Origin: Alphaproteobacteria bacterium
GTDB taxonomy: Bacteria > Pseudomonadota > Alphaproteobacteria > UBA7887
Assembly (NCBI GenBank): GCA_965201155.1
Contig: OZ241752.1
Span: 1,452,761-1,516,760, forward strand
Direction: 5' to 3'
Length of the DNA stretch: 64,000 nt
The translations under genes were made by a program, and so were the position numbers. The notes beneath the pieces are model-generated. The model was not told where the DNA came from and searched no databases. It worked only from the letters and a program-made list of their open reading frames with translations. Positions 48,717-58,871 of this stretch are shown piece by piece; position 1 is the stretch's first letter, and each line of letters starts with the position of its first letter.

Positions 48717-49316
48717 ATGGCGCGGCGGTTGATTCTGGCCTCCGCCAGCGCGGCGCGGGCGGCGTTGTTGCGCGGTGCGGGTCTGACATTCGAGACGGTT
48801 CCAGCGTCGGTGGATGAGTCGTCGGTGCTGGGGGCGATGCGCGCCGACAGCGCCGGCGCAGATACTGCGGCGGAGACGCTGGCGGCGCTGAAAGCGGCCC
48901 GGATTTCGGCGCGGGAACCGGAAGCGCTGGTGATCGGTGCCGACCAGATTCTCGTGTGCGGTAATGCCTGGTTCGAGAAACCGGCCGACATGGATGCGGC
49001 GCGCGCGCAACTTGCGGCGCTGCGCGGCAAGGAACACAGCCTGGTGACGGCGGTATGTGCGGCGCTTGGCGGCAGCGTCATATGGCGTCACAATGGGGAG
49101 GCCCGACTGGTCATGCGCCCGTTCAGCGACAGGTTTCTGGACGAGTATGTTGCGGCGTGCGGCGAGGGTTTGCTGACCTGCGTCGGGGCGTATCGCATTG
49201 AGGAGCGCGGCGTGCACCTGTTTTCGCGGATCGACGGTGACTGGTTCACCATATTGGGGCTGCCGCTGCTGCCGCTGCTGCCTCTGCTGCGCGAGCACGG
49301 GGTGGCGACGGCATGA
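48717..49316 (+). CDS. maf: Maf-family nucleotide pyrophosphatase
   Basis: LILASAS, IGADQIL, FEKP, ILGLPLLPL. Confidence 0.93.
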   Translation: MARRLILASASAARAALLRGAGLTFETVPASVDESSVLGAMRADSAGADTAAETLAALKAARISAREPEALVIGADQILVCGNAWFEKPADMDAARAQLAALRGKEHSLVTAVCAALGGSVIWRHNGEARLVMRPFSDRFLDEYVAACGEGLLTCVGAYRIEERGVHLFSRIDGDWFTILGLPLLPLLPLLREHGVATA

Positions 49317-50164
49317 CGACGCTGACCGGCGGTGCGCGTCTGGCGGGCATTGTCGGCTGGCCGGTTGCGCATTCGCGGTCGCCGCAATTGCATGGGCACT
49401 GGCTGAACCGGTACGCGATTGACGGTGCTTATGTGCCGCTGCCGGTACCGCCCGAGCGCATTGGTGCGGCGCTGCGTGCGCTGCCGGCACTGGGTTTCGC
49501 CGGTGTGAATGTGACACTGCCGCACAAGGAGGCGGCGGCGCGCATCTGCGACGAGGTGGATGCGCATGCGCGCCGAATCGGCGCGGTGAACACTATCGTC
49601 GTGCGTGACGACGGGACGCTGCATGGCAGCAACACGGACGGTTATGGCTTTCTGGAAAGCCTGCGCGGCGAGATCGCCGGCTGGACGGTGCCGGATGCGG
49701 CGCTGGTGCTGGGCGCAGGCGGGGCGGCGCGCGGGGTGATTGTTGCCCTGATGGATGCGGGCTGCCGCGAAGTGCGCATTTGCAACCGCACGTATGAGCG
49801 TGCGGAAAGTCTGGCGGCCGAGTTCGGCGGCGGCTGTGTTGCATGCGCATGGGGGGAGCGCGGCGATGCGGTGGGCGGCGCCGGGCTGGTGGTGAACACG
49901 ACCTCGCTCGGCATGGCGGGGAAGCCGGCGCTGGATTTGCCGCTGGGCCATCTGGCGGGTGATGCGGTGGTCACGGATATTGTCTATACGCCGCTGGTCA
50001 CGCCGTTGCTGGCGGCTGCTGCCGCGCGCGGGGCGCGTGCAGTGGACGGGTTGGGTATGCTGCTGCATCAGGCGCGGCCGGGTTTTGCGGCATGGTTCGG
50101 ACGTGAGCCGTTGGCGGATCGGGCACTGAGGCAGTATGTCCTGCGCAGTCTGGCGGTGCGATGA
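49313..50164 (+). CDS. aroE: Shikimate dehydrogenase
   Basis: HSRSP, NVTLPHK, GAVNT, NTDGYG, GAGGAAR. Confidence 0.96.
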   Translation: MTTLTGGARLAGIVGWPVAHSRSPQLHGHWLNRYAIDGAYVPLPVPPERIGAALRALPALGFAGVNVTLPHKEAAARICDEVDAHARRIGAVNTIVVRDDGTLHGSNTDGYGFLESLRGEIAGWTVPDAALVLGAGGAARGVIVALMDAGCREVRICNRTYERAESLAAEFGGGCVACAWGERGDAVGGAGLVVNTTSLGMAGKPALDLPLGHLAGDAVVTDIVYTPLVTPLLAAAAARGARAVDGLGMLLHQARPGFAAWFGREPLADRALRQYVLRSLAVR

Positions 50165-50766
50165 CAGCGCGGCGCCCGCTGCGGCTGGGCCTCACGGGGT
50201 CGATCGCGATGGGCAAGAGCGAGACGGCGCGCATGTTTGCGCGGCTCGGTGCGCCGGTATTCGATGCGGATGCAGAAGTGCATCGTAGTCTGGTGCCGGG
50301 CAGGGCCGGTCATGCGGCGGTGGCGGAGGCTTTTCCGGCGGCGCTGCGGTGCGGCGTCATCGATCGCCAGGCACTGGGGCGGCTGGTATTCGGCGACGCA
50401 GCGGCGCTGCGGCGGCTGGAGAGGTTGCTGCATCCGCTGGTCGGCGAGGCGCGGGCGCGTTTCATGCGGCGGGCGCGGGCGTTGTCGCGGCCGCTTGTGG
50501 TGCTTGATGTGCCGTTGCTGTTCGAGACGGGCGGTGAGGGGCGGTGTGACCTTGTGGCGGTGGTCAGCGCGCCGGCGGCGGTGCAGCGCAGCCGGGCGCT
50601 GCGACGGCCCGGTATGACGGCGGAAAAGCTGGGGAAGATACTGGCGCGGCAAATGCCCGACCGCGAAAAGCGCCGGCGGGCGGATTTCGTCATCCCGACC
50701 GGCTTGGGGAGGCGCCCGGCCTTGCAGGCGGTGCGGCGCATCGTGAAGCTGGCGGCGGCAGCGTGA
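50161..50766 (+). CDS. coaE: Dephospho-CoA kinase
   Basis: GLTGSIAMGKS, FDAD, DVPLLFE. Confidence 0.96.
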   Translation: MTARRPLRLGLTGSIAMGKSETARMFARLGAPVFDADAEVHRSLVPGRAGHAAVAEAFPAALRCGVIDRQALGRLVFGDAAALRRLERLLHPLVGEARARFMRRARALSRPLVVLDVPLLFETGGEGRCDLVAVVSAPAAVQRSRALRRPGMTAEKLGKILARQMPDREKRRRADFVIPTGLGRRPALQAVRRIVKLAAAA

Positions 50767-51443
50767 TGGCCGAATTGCGCGAAGTCGTGCTGGATGTGGA
50801 GACAACCGGGCTTAACCCGACTGCCGGGGACCGGGTCATCGAGATCGGGTGCCTGGAACTGATCAATCATGTTCCTACGGGGAAGGTGCTGCAGCATTAT
50901 GTGCAGCCGGACCGTGACATTCCGGATGAGGTGGTTCGGGTTCATGGCATCACGGCGGAGAAGCTGGCGGACAAGCCGCGTTTTGCGGAAATTGCTGATG
51001 AGGTGACGGCGTTTCTCGGCGACGGGGTGGTGGTGGCCCATAATGCGCAATTCGATCTGGGGTTTCTGAACGAGGAACTTGCGCGGGCCGGTCGTGCCTG
51101 GTCGCCGGCGAAAGTTGTGGATACGGTGGCCCTGGCGCGGCGCAAGTTTCCGGGAGCGCCGGCAAGTCTGGATGCGCTGTGCGAGCAGTTCCGCATTGAT
51201 GCTTCGGCGCGGACGAAGCATGGCGCGCTGCTTGACGCGCAATTGCTGGCGGATGTGTATATCGAATTGATCGGCGGGAGGCAGCCGGGCCTGAGCCTTG
51301 GCGTGAAGGCGGCGGTTACGGCCCGGCCTGGTGTCAGTGCGGCGCCGATCCGCCCGCGGCGACAGCATGCGGCGACGGCGGAGGAACTGGCGGCGCATGC
51401 GGCATTCGTAGACAGGTTGGAGAATCCGATATGGCGGCAATAG
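50766..51443 (+). CDS. dnaQ: DNA polymerase III subunit epsilon
   Basis: LDVETTG, HNAQFD, HGALLDA. Confidence 0.96.
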   Translation: MAELREVVLDVETTGLNPTAGDRVIEIGCLELINHVPTGKVLQHYVQPDRDIPDEVVRVHGITAEKLADKPRFAEIADEVTAFLGDGVVVAHNAQFDLGFLNEELARAGRAWSPAKVVDTVALARRKFPGAPASLDALCEQFRIDASARTKHGALLDAQLLADVYIELIGGRQPGLSLGVKAAVTARPGVSAAPIRPRRQHAATAEELAAHAAFVDRLENPIWRQ

Positions 51444-52510
51444 CGATTGAGGCCCCGCGGGTGCGGGCGGGCGGCTGGCGCGGTGAGGATCTGGTGCGCA
51501 ACCGGTCGTGGGAATTCGAACTGGATCGCGCCGGCATTGCGGAATTGGAATCGGCCTTGGCGGCGGTGCGGACGGCCGGTCTGGCGATCATGACGATCGA
51601 TGCTGCGGCGTTTCCGCTGCCGGGGCTGTCGCCGATGCTGCAGCAGATCGGTGCCGAGTTGCGGGACGGGCGCGGCTTTGCCCTGTTGCACGGATTTCCG
51701 GTTACCGACCATGCTCTTGAAGAAATCGAGATCATGTATTGGGGGTTGTGCGCGCATCTGGGAACCGGATTGAGCCAGAACAGCGATGGTGGGCTTATTC
51801 ACTATGTGACGGAGGGGCCGCGGCGGCCCAATCAGGGCACGCGGGGTGTAGGTTTTCCGCGTGCGGCGCCGCTGCATATCGATTTGATGGATGTGGTATC
51901 GCTGTTGTGTGTCCGCCAGGCGCAGGATGACCCGCCGAGTCATGTGGCGAGTTCACTGGCGGTGTATGACGCGCTGGCGGCTGCGCATCCCGAGTGGCTG
52001 GAACTGGCGCGTGAAGGGTTTGCGTGGGACCGCATGCAGGAGCATGGTCCGGAGGAGGCGCCGGCGTCGGAATACAAGGTGCCGGTGTTCAGTGAGTCGG
52101 GCGGACAGGTTTCGGCGCAATACAACCGCAACTGGATCGAGTCGGCGGGTGAGCGGAGCGGGCGGGCTTTCACCGACGAAGAAACGGCGCTGATGGATTT
52201 CATCGACGAAACGGCGGATGCGCAGCGGTATGAATTTTCGTTTGGTACCGGGGATATCCAGTTCTGCAACAACTACACGGTGTTCCACGGGCGCGCTGCG
52301 CATGTGTCCGAACCGGAGATGGAGCGGCGCCGCATGTTGATGCGCATCTGGTTTGATGTGTCCGGTTTCCGGCAGTTTTCGGATGAGGCTATCGTGCGTT
52401 ACGGGAATGGGCGGCATGGGCAGCTTGGCTGGACGGCAGCGGAACTGCGCGATGGTGAGAGCCGGCATCCGCGGCGGCGCCGGGCGGATGGTGCGGTGGC
52501 GGCGGACTGA
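51431..52510 (+). CDS. TauD/TfdA-family 2-oxoglutarate/Fe(II) dioxygenase
   Basis: LHID (HxD), GDIQFCNNYTVFHGR, RMLMRIW. Confidence 0.88.
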   Translation: MAAIAIEAPRVRAGGWRGEDLVRNRSWEFELDRAGIAELESALAAVRTAGLAIMTIDAAAFPLPGLSPMLQQIGAELRDGRGFALLHGFPVTDHALEEIEIMYWGLCAHLGTGLSQNSDGGLIHYVTEGPRRPNQGTRGVGFPRAAPLHIDLMDVVSLLCVRQAQDDPPSHVASSLAVYDALAAAHPEWLELAREGFAWDRMQEHGPEEAPASEYKVPVFSESGGQVSAQYNRNWIESAGERSGRAFTDEETALMDFIDETADAQRYEFSFGTGDIQFCNNYTVFHGRAAHVSEPEMERRRMLMRIWFDVSGFRQFSDEAIVRYGNGRHGQLGWTAAELRDGESRHPRRRRADGAVAAD

Positions 52511-52533
52511 CGACTAAATCATAGCAGGGGGTC

Positions 52534-54636
52534 ATGGAACGGTCGTTTCGCAAGGAAGTTGCCCAACTCAGGCTTGGCGAGGGCGACGTGTTCGAGGGCG
52601 AGGGGATTCTTGCCGTCACGAAGGCGCTGCTGCAGTCGGGCGTCAGCTATGTCGGCGGGTATCAGGGGTCGCCGGTCTCGCATTTGCTTGATGTCATGGT
52701 TGATGCCGGCGACCTGCTCGATGAACTTGGTGTGCATCTGGAGACGCCGACCAGCGAGGCAGCGGCGGCAGCGATGCTGGGCGCGTCGATCAACTATCCG
52801 ATGCGGGGTGCGGTGACGTGGAAGTCCACGGTCGGCACGAATGTCGCGTCGGATGCGTTGTCCAATCTGGCGTCGGCGGGGGTGCGCGGCGGTGCGCTGA
52901 TCATTCTCGGCGAGGATTATGGCGAGGGCGCCAGCATCATTCAGGAGCGGAGTCACGCTTTCGCGATGAAGTCGTCGATCTGTCTCCTGGATCCGCGTCC
53001 GAGCCTGCCGACCATCGTGCGCACGGTGGAGCAGGGGTTTGCGCTGTCGGAAGCGGCCAATATGCCGGTGATGCTGGAGTTGCGTATTCGCGCGTGCCAC
53101 ATGCATGGGCGGTTTGTGTGCAAGGATAACCGGCGGCCGGAGATTTCGCGGCGGCAGGCGCTGGAGGCGCCGCATTTCGACTATTCGCGGGTGTGCATGC
53201 CGCCTTCCACCTATGCGCAGGAGAAAGACAAGATTGCGAACCGGCTGCCGGCTGCGCAGCGCTTCATTCGCGACAACGGGATCAATGAGATCATTGCCGG
53301 GGCGCGCAGTGATATCGGGATCATTGTCCAGGGCGGATTGACGAATACGGTGCTGCGCGCGCTGGCGAGCCTTGGTCTGGCGGACCGGTTCGGCAAAAGC
53401 GAAATTCCGATTTATGTGCTGAATGCGACCTATCCGCTTGTGCCGGAGGAGGTTACGGCGTTTTGCGCCGGCAAGGAGCGTGTCCTGATGGTCGAGGAAG
53501 GGCATCCCGACTATCTGGAGCAGGCGGTGACGGTGGCGCTGCGGCGGGCGGATTTGAACACGGCGGTGCAGGGCAAGGATGTTCTGCCGATGGCGGGCGA
53601 ATATACCGCCGAGACGGTGCTGCGCGGTGTTGCGGCGTTTGTTGGCAATACAGGTGCGTGGGGCCGGGTGGCGGCAGTGGATGCGCTGAAAGGGGAGGCG
53701 GCGGCGCGGTTCGGGGCGCCGGCGCCGGCGCGCCCGCCGAGTTTCTGCACCGGCTGTCCGGAGCGGCCGGTGTTCAGCGCGATGAAGATTGCGGAGAAGG
53801 ACACGGGCCCCACGCATGTGTCTTCGGATATTGGCTGCCATACATTTTCGACGCTGCCGCCGTTCAACATCGGCAATACGGTGATGGGTTACGGCCTGGG
53901 CCTGGCGAGCTCGACGGGGGTTGCCCCCAATTTCAAAGGGCGGACGATCAGTGTCATGGGCGATGGCGGCTTCTGGCATAACGGGCTGGCCTCGGGGATC
54001 GGCAGTGCGGCGTTCAATCGCGATGACGGTGTATTGGTGATTTTCAACAACGGCTATACGTCGGCGACGGGCTGGCAGTATTTGCCGTCCAGTCGCACGG
54101 ACCGCAGCGGGGCGCCGTCGGGCATGTCGATTCAGCGGGCGCTGAAAGGGCTTGGCGTGAGTTGGGTGCGCACGGTGCGCACCTATGATGTGGGCCGCAT
54201 GGTAAAGACGCTGCGCACGGCGCTGACGACCGGGGCGCGCGGTTTGAAGGTGATCATCGCCGACGGGGAATGCCAGTTGGCGCGGCAGCGGCGGCTGCGG
54301 CCGGCGCGGCAGAAGAAGCTGGCGGCGGGCCGGCGCGTGTTGCAGGCGCGCTTCGGCATTGATGACCGGCTGTGTACGGGGGATCATTCGTGCATTCGGT
54401 TGTCGGGGTGTCCGTCACTGACGATCAAGCCCAATCCGGATGCGCTGCGGCGCGAGCCGGTGGCGCGGGTCAATAATGACTGTGTGGGTTGCGGGTTATG
54501 CGGCGAGGTGGCTCATGCGGCGACGCTGTGTCCGTCGTTTTACCGTGCTGAGCTGGTTCACAATCCGACATGGTGGGATCGGTTGGTTGACCGGTCGCGG
54601 CGGGCGGTGATCGGCATGATGCAGCGTCCGGCATGA
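52534..54636 (+). CDS. iorA: Indolepyruvate ferredoxin oxidoreductase alpha subunit
   Basis: GYQGSP, FCTGCPER, SDIGCH, GDGGFWHNG TPP motif, C-terminal ferredoxin Cys motifs. Confidence 0.92.
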   Translation: MERSFRKEVAQLRLGEGDVFEGEGILAVTKALLQSGVSYVGGYQGSPVSHLLDVMVDAGDLLDELGVHLETPTSEAAAAAMLGASINYPMRGAVTWKSTVGTNVASDALSNLASAGVRGGALIILGEDYGEGASIIQERSHAFAMKSSICLLDPRPSLPTIVRTVEQGFALSEAANMPVMLELRIRACHMHGRFVCKDNRRPEISRRQALEAPHFDYSRVCMPPSTYAQEKDKIANRLPAAQRFIRDNGINEIIAGARSDIGIIVQGGLTNTVLRALASLGLADRFGKSEIPIYVLNATYPLVPEEVTAFCAGKERVLMVEEGHPDYLEQAVTVALRRADLNTAVQGKDVLPMAGEYTAETVLRGVAAFVGNTGAWGRVAAVDALKGEAAARFGAPAPARPPSFCTGCPERPVFSAMKIAEKDTGPTHVSSDIGCHTFSTLPPFNIGNTVMGYGLGLASSTGVAPNFKGRTISVMGDGGFWHNGLASGIGSAAFNRDDGVLVIFNNGYTSATGWQYLPSSRTDRSGAPSGMSIQRALKGLGVSWVRTVRTYDVGRMVKTLRTALTTGARGLKVIIADGECQLARQRRLRPARQKKLAAGRRVLQARFGIDDRLCTGDHSCIRLSGCPSLTIKPNPDALRREPVARVNNDCVGCGLCGEVAHAATLCPSFYRAELVHNPTWWDRLVDRSRRAVIGMMQRPA

Positions 54637-56117
54637 GCGAGGTACGGCCGCTGGCGGTATTGATTGCCGCGATGGGGGGTGAAGGCGGCGGGGTATTGGC
54701 CAACTGGCTGGTAGCCGCGGCGGGCCGGGCCGGTTTCGCCGTTCAGGCGACCTCGATTCCCGGGGTGGCGCAGCGCACCGGTGCGACCACCTATTATCTG
54801 GAGATATGGCCCGAGAAGCTTGCAGCAGGCGCGCCGGAGCCGGTGTTTGCGTTGTATCCGACTCCCGGCGAGGTGGATCTGGTGATTGCCAGCGAGCTGG
54901 TGGAGGCGGCGCGGGCTGTGGAAAACGGCTATGTGGCGCCGGACCGTACCGTTCTGGTGGCATCGACGCACCGGGTTTACGCGATTGGCGAGCGGGCGGC
55001 GATGGCTGACGGCCGGGTTGATTCGGAGCGTCTTCGCGAGGCTGCGGCGGCGTTGTCGCGGCGTGCGGTGCTTGCCGATTTCCGGGAGGCTGCGGGTGCA
55101 GCGCGGGCGGCGTTGAATGCGGTGTTGCTGGGAGCGGCGGCGCAGTCGGGCGCGCTGCCCATTTCGGCTGCCGAGTTTCGCGCTGCGGTGGAAGCGGAAG
55201 GCAAGGCGGTGGCGGCCAATCTGGCCGGTTTCGCGGCGGGCGAAAGGCTTGCTGCCGGCGAGGATGGCGGGGGTGCGGCGACAGCGGAGGTTGCGGCGCC
55301 GCGCCTGCCGGAAGCGCTGGAGTCGGCGGCGGCGGGACTGGACCTGCGGGTTGCGGTTCTGGCGCGCGCCGGGGCGGCGCGGTTGATCGACTATCAGGGC
55401 GAAGCCTATGCCGCGTATTATATGGCGCGTCTGGCGCCGGTGGCTGCGCTTTCCCGGGATGCTGCGGAGGAGTGTGCGCGCCAGTTGGCGTTGCGCATGA
55501 GTTATGAGGATGTGGTGCGGGTGGCGCAGATCAAGACCGGCGCGCAGCGTTTTGCGGCGTTACGGGACGAGGTGGGCGCTGCCGCCGGCCAACCGGTGCG
55601 GGTGCATGAATATCTCAAGCCCGGTCTGGAGGAGTGGTGTGCACTGCTGCCGCCGCGCGCGGCGCGGGCCTTGCTTCGCTGGGCGGCGCGGCGGCGCATG
55701 GAGGAGCGGTTTTCCTTTGCTATGCGGATACGCAGCGACACGGTTTTGGGGTTTGTGCTGTTGCGTCTTGTGGTGGCGATGCGGCCCTTGCGCCGCTTTG
55801 GCTGGCGCTGGCATGAGGAGCAGCGCCGCATTGATGACTGGCTGGGGCTGGTGACGGAGGCGGCGCGGCGGGATGGCGCGCTGGCGGTGGAGGTGGCGGC
55901 GCTGGCCGGGCTGGTGAAGGGGTACGGCAGCACGTTTCGGCGCGGCGTCGAAAATTACGAGCGGATCGCCGAGGCGCTGGTGCGGCCGTGGCTGGAGTCG
56001 GGTGCGCCGGCCGGCGCTGCGGGGGCATTGCGGCGCGCGCGCGAGGCGGCGGTTTCCGACCCTGACGGCAAAGCGCTGTCCGCATATCTCGAGACAGGCG
56101 GAGCAGCGGCTGCCTGA
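54633..56117 (+). CDS. iorB: Indolepyruvate oxidoreductase beta subunit family protein (long form)
   Basis: AAMGGEGGGVL, GVAQRTGAT, MSYEDVVRVA, LVKGYG. Confidence 0.88.
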   Translation: MSEVRPLAVLIAAMGGEGGGVLANWLVAAAGRAGFAVQATSIPGVAQRTGATTYYLEIWPEKLAAGAPEPVFALYPTPGEVDLVIASELVEAARAVENGYVAPDRTVLVASTHRVYAIGERAAMADGRVDSERLREAAAALSRRAVLADFREAAGAARAALNAVLLGAAAQSGALPISAAEFRAAVEAEGKAVAANLAGFAAGERLAAGEDGGGAATAEVAAPRLPEALESAAAGLDLRVAVLARAGAARLIDYQGEAYAAYYMARLAPVAALSRDAAEECARQLALRMSYEDVVRVAQIKTGAQRFAALRDEVGAAAGQPVRVHEYLKPGLEEWCALLPPRAARALLRWAARRRMEERFSFAMRIRSDTVLGFVLLRLVVAMRPLRRFGWRWHEEQRRIDDWLGLVTEAARRDGALAVEVAALAGLVKGYGSTFRRGVENYERIAEALVRPWLESGAPAGAAGALRRAREAAVSDPDGKALSAYLETGGAAAA

Positions 56118-56139
56118 CGCGGGGGTGGTGCGGCGGCAG

Positions 56140-56155
56140 TGTTTCATGTGAAACA
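56140..56155. promoter_or_regulatory. parS: parS centromere site
   Basis: TGTTTCATGTGAAACA, one mismatch to consensus TGTTTCACGTGAAACA; about 8 kb from the candidate oriC. Confidence 0.85.
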
Positions 56156-56163
56156 TCACGTTG

Positions 56164-57522
56164 TCATGGCGCTTTATGCGCTGCTGCTGCGGCCAGTTCG
56201 GCGTCGGTGTCGAAGGCGACGCCGAGGCGTTCGGCGACGGCGCGGATCAGTTTGACGGAAGTTGCGGGGCCGAGGAGGCCGCGTTCGGACGCTGACAGGA
56301 CGGCGCCCGTGACCTGCGCCAGCGCCTGGGCGTGGCGAGAGGCATCGCGGGCCACCATTTCGGGCCATTCGACGGTGGGGGTGAATTGCGCGCCTTCGCA
56401 TGTCACCCCGGCAGCGGCGGCGCGGCAGCGAATGACACAGGCGGCGACCTCTTCGAGTATGGCGGACCATTCACGCTGACGCATGGCGAGGGTCTTGAAG
56501 GCGGGGTCGCCCATTTCGGAGGCGGTGGCGCGGTTGACATCACCGCCGCCGCCGAACCAGTGTTCGGGCCAGCCCATGCCGGAAAGGACATGGTTGCGGA
56601 GCAGGCGGGCGGCGGCGGAAGCGTCTTCGGCGCCCAGGCGGGGGCTGACTGCGCTCCAGCTTTCGGATTCGTTGTGCACGCGCACGGAGCCGGGCTCGGG
56701 GGTGCTGATTTCCCGGGCGCGGCGGGCGACGTCTTCGGCGTCGGCGCCGGCGAGGGTCACATCCCAGACGAAAGCGCGCAGGAAGTCGGCGCGGTCGGCT
56801 TCGCCGAGGAGGAAGCGTTCATAGGCGTGCAGCCAGTCGGCGGCGGCCAGCAGGTCGGAGCGGCCGCGCGATGCCGCCATGAGCCGGTTGCGCTGGAACA
56901 GGAAGGCTTCGCCGTCGTTCATCGTCTTGCGGATGGCGCGGGCCGGGGCTGCGAACACGGTTTCGGGGCCGTTGATGATGATGCGGTAGCGGCGCGGCTG
57001 GCGGCGGCGGTCGCGGGTGGTCACCACGCCGACGGGCCGGGCGGCATTGTCAGGGTCGGTAACGATGGTGGCGATGCGGGCGGGGTCGAGATAGCCGAGG
57101 CGGACATGTCCGGACGCAGGGTCGGTGAAGACGGGCCAGCATTGCTCGCCGAACAGGGCGAGTTCGCGCATCATGCGCGGCAGGTTGCGGCGCATGTCAG
57201 TGACAGGATCGCGCCAGAAGGCGTCGAGCCAGGTCTGGGCTTGCGTGTCGGGGACGGTGAGGCGGACGCCTTCCGCGAGCAGCCACGCGATGGGCAGTTC
57301 AACGAGTTGGCGGGCGAGGAGGTTGTTTTCCCACAGGTTGACGGCGATACTGCGCATTCTTGCCTGGCTGACGGGCGCGAGATCGCGGCGGGCGCCGCCG
57401 AGGGGGCGCCAGGACTCATTGTCGGCGTCGGAATCAGGGGCGGCGGCTTCGCGCAGCGGGCGCGATGCGGAATCTTTGGGCGCGGCGGGTTGCAGCCAGC
57501 GTGTCAGGCGTTCGGGTATCAT
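56164..57522 (-). CDS. Putative phage portal protein
   Basis: 452 aa directly after TerL; RELALFGEQCW, GRSDL, GWPEHWFGGGGDVNRATA portal-like segments. Confidence 0.72.
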   Translation of the reverse strand: MIPERLTRWLQPAAPKDSASRPLREAAAPDSDADNESWRPLGGARRDLAPVSQARMRSIAVNLWENNLLARQLVELPIAWLLAEGVRLTVPDTQAQTWLDAFWRDPVTDMRRNLPRMMRELALFGEQCWPVFTDPASGHVRLGYLDPARIATIVTDPDNAARPVGVVTTRDRRRQPRRYRIIINGPETVFAAPARAIRKTMNDGEAFLFQRNRLMAASRGRSDLLAAADWLHAYERFLLGEADRADFLRAFVWDVTLAGADAEDVARRAREISTPEPGSVRVHNESESWSAVSPRLGAEDASAAARLLRNHVLSGMGWPEHWFGGGGDVNRATASEMGDPAFKTLAMRQREWSAILEEVAACVIRCRAAAAGVTCEGAQFTPTVEWPEMVARDASRHAQALAQVTGAVLSASERGLLGPATSVKLIRAVAERLGVAFDTDAELAAAAAHKAP

Positions 57523-58871
57523 GGTGCGGCATTCCGGGTGAGGGTGAATGGCAGGGAGCGGCGGCGCGGGCCGGTGATGGTGACACCGGCGGCAGCGGGC
57601 TGCGGGCTGGCGGCGGCGGCGCAGGCGAGCGCACCCGCCCAGAAACGGTCGGCGTGGCCGTCGGCGGCGGTTTCGTTGTCTGCTTCGAGGCGCAGATGGC
57701 CGGTGGGGCCGATGGATTTTTGGACGCTGTGGAGATCGGCGCGCAAAGTGGGATTTGCCGGGATTCGCAGGGTTTTGTCCTCCATGCGGGCGCGCAGGCA
57801 GGTTGCGAGGTCGAGTTTGCGCGCGGGGGTGAAGGTGACGCCTTCGACGCGGCGAGCGCCGTAGCGGCGTTTCATGTCCTCGACCGGCATTTCGCCGATG
57901 CCGGTGCGATCGGCGGCGATGCGGACGGGGCGGTAGCGGGCGGCCATTTCAGCGAGGGCGCGGCTCTGGGCGGCGAAAGTGGCGCCGCGGAGGGTGCGGA
58001 TTTCGCGCGTCCAGGCGATGTCACCGACGAGTTCCAGCGCCCATGCGGCCCAGAGATCGCGGCGGCGGGCGATATCGACGCCGATGAAGACGGGGCTGCC
58101 GGAATAAAGCTCCGGTTTGCCGGCGGCGCGGTGCTCGCAGGCGTCGATGAGTTCGTAAGGCAGCCAGGCGCTGGCTTCGTCGAGCCATTCGCATTCATAT
58201 TCCTGGCGCCAGAGGTCGGGGTCGGCGAGGCCGGCGCGGAGGGCCTCGGGGTCTGCGGGGTAGCCCTGGGCGACGGCGTCATGGATGGTGACGATATGGC
58301 GCGACCAGCGTCCGGCGGCGTTTGCGGCGGTCATCAATTCGTGGAATTTGCCGCTGCGGCCGCGGGGCGTGGAGGTGACTCGGAGCCGCCAGCCACGGGT
58401 TATGGTGGGGTAGAGAGCGCCCCAGATTTCGCGGCTGTCGCGATGGAGCGCGAATTCGTCGAGATATACGTTGCGGCTGTAACCGCGGGCGGTATCGGGA
58501 TTGGCGGGCAGGGCGGTGACGATATTGCCGCCGCCGGCGTCCCATTCCTGGGCGCGGAAGGTTTCGCCGCCGAGCTGCAGATTGTGGTCGAACGCCTCGA
58601 GGGCGAGTCCATAGGCGCGGGCATGGAGGCGGATTCCGGCGCGCATGGCTTCGCGGGCCTGGCGTTCGCCGCGGCTGAGGATAAGCCACGGCGCGGCGCG
58701 TCCGGCAGCGCGGGCGGCGGCGATGCTGTCGACGATTTCGAGGGTGGCGGTGAAAGTCTTGCCGATCTGGCGCGACCACATGCCGATCTTGAGGCGGGCG
58801 CGGTCACGCAGCCAGCGCTGCTGATAGGGATAGAGCGGCACGGCGGCGGGCCGGCGGGAGCGCGTATTCAT
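57519..58871 (-). CDS. Terminase large subunit (Mu gp28-like)
   Basis: LYPYQQRW, WSRQIGKTF Walker A, VYLDEFA Walker B, TSTPRG, GVDIARRRD, GHADRFWA. Confidence 0.92.
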   Translation of the reverse strand: MNTRSRRPAAVPLYPYQQRWLRDRARLKIGMWSRQIGKTFTATLEIVDSIAAARAAGRAAPWLILSRGERQAREAMRAGIRLHARAYGLALEAFDHNLQLGGETFRAQEWDAGGGNIVTALPANPDTARGYSRNVYLDEFALHRDSREIWGALYPTITRGWRLRVTSTPRGRSGKFHELMTAANAAGRWSRHIVTIHDAVAQGYPADPEALRAGLADPDLWRQEYECEWLDEASAWLPYELIDACEHRAAGKPELYSGSPVFIGVDIARRRDLWAAWALELVGDIAWTREIRTLRGATFAAQSRALAEMAARYRPVRIAADRTGIGEMPVEDMKRRYGARRVEGVTFTPARKLDLATCLRARMEDKTLRIPANPTLRADLHSVQKSIGPTGHLRLEADNETAADGHADRFWAGALACAAAASPQPAAAGVTITGPRRRSLPFTLTRNAAP

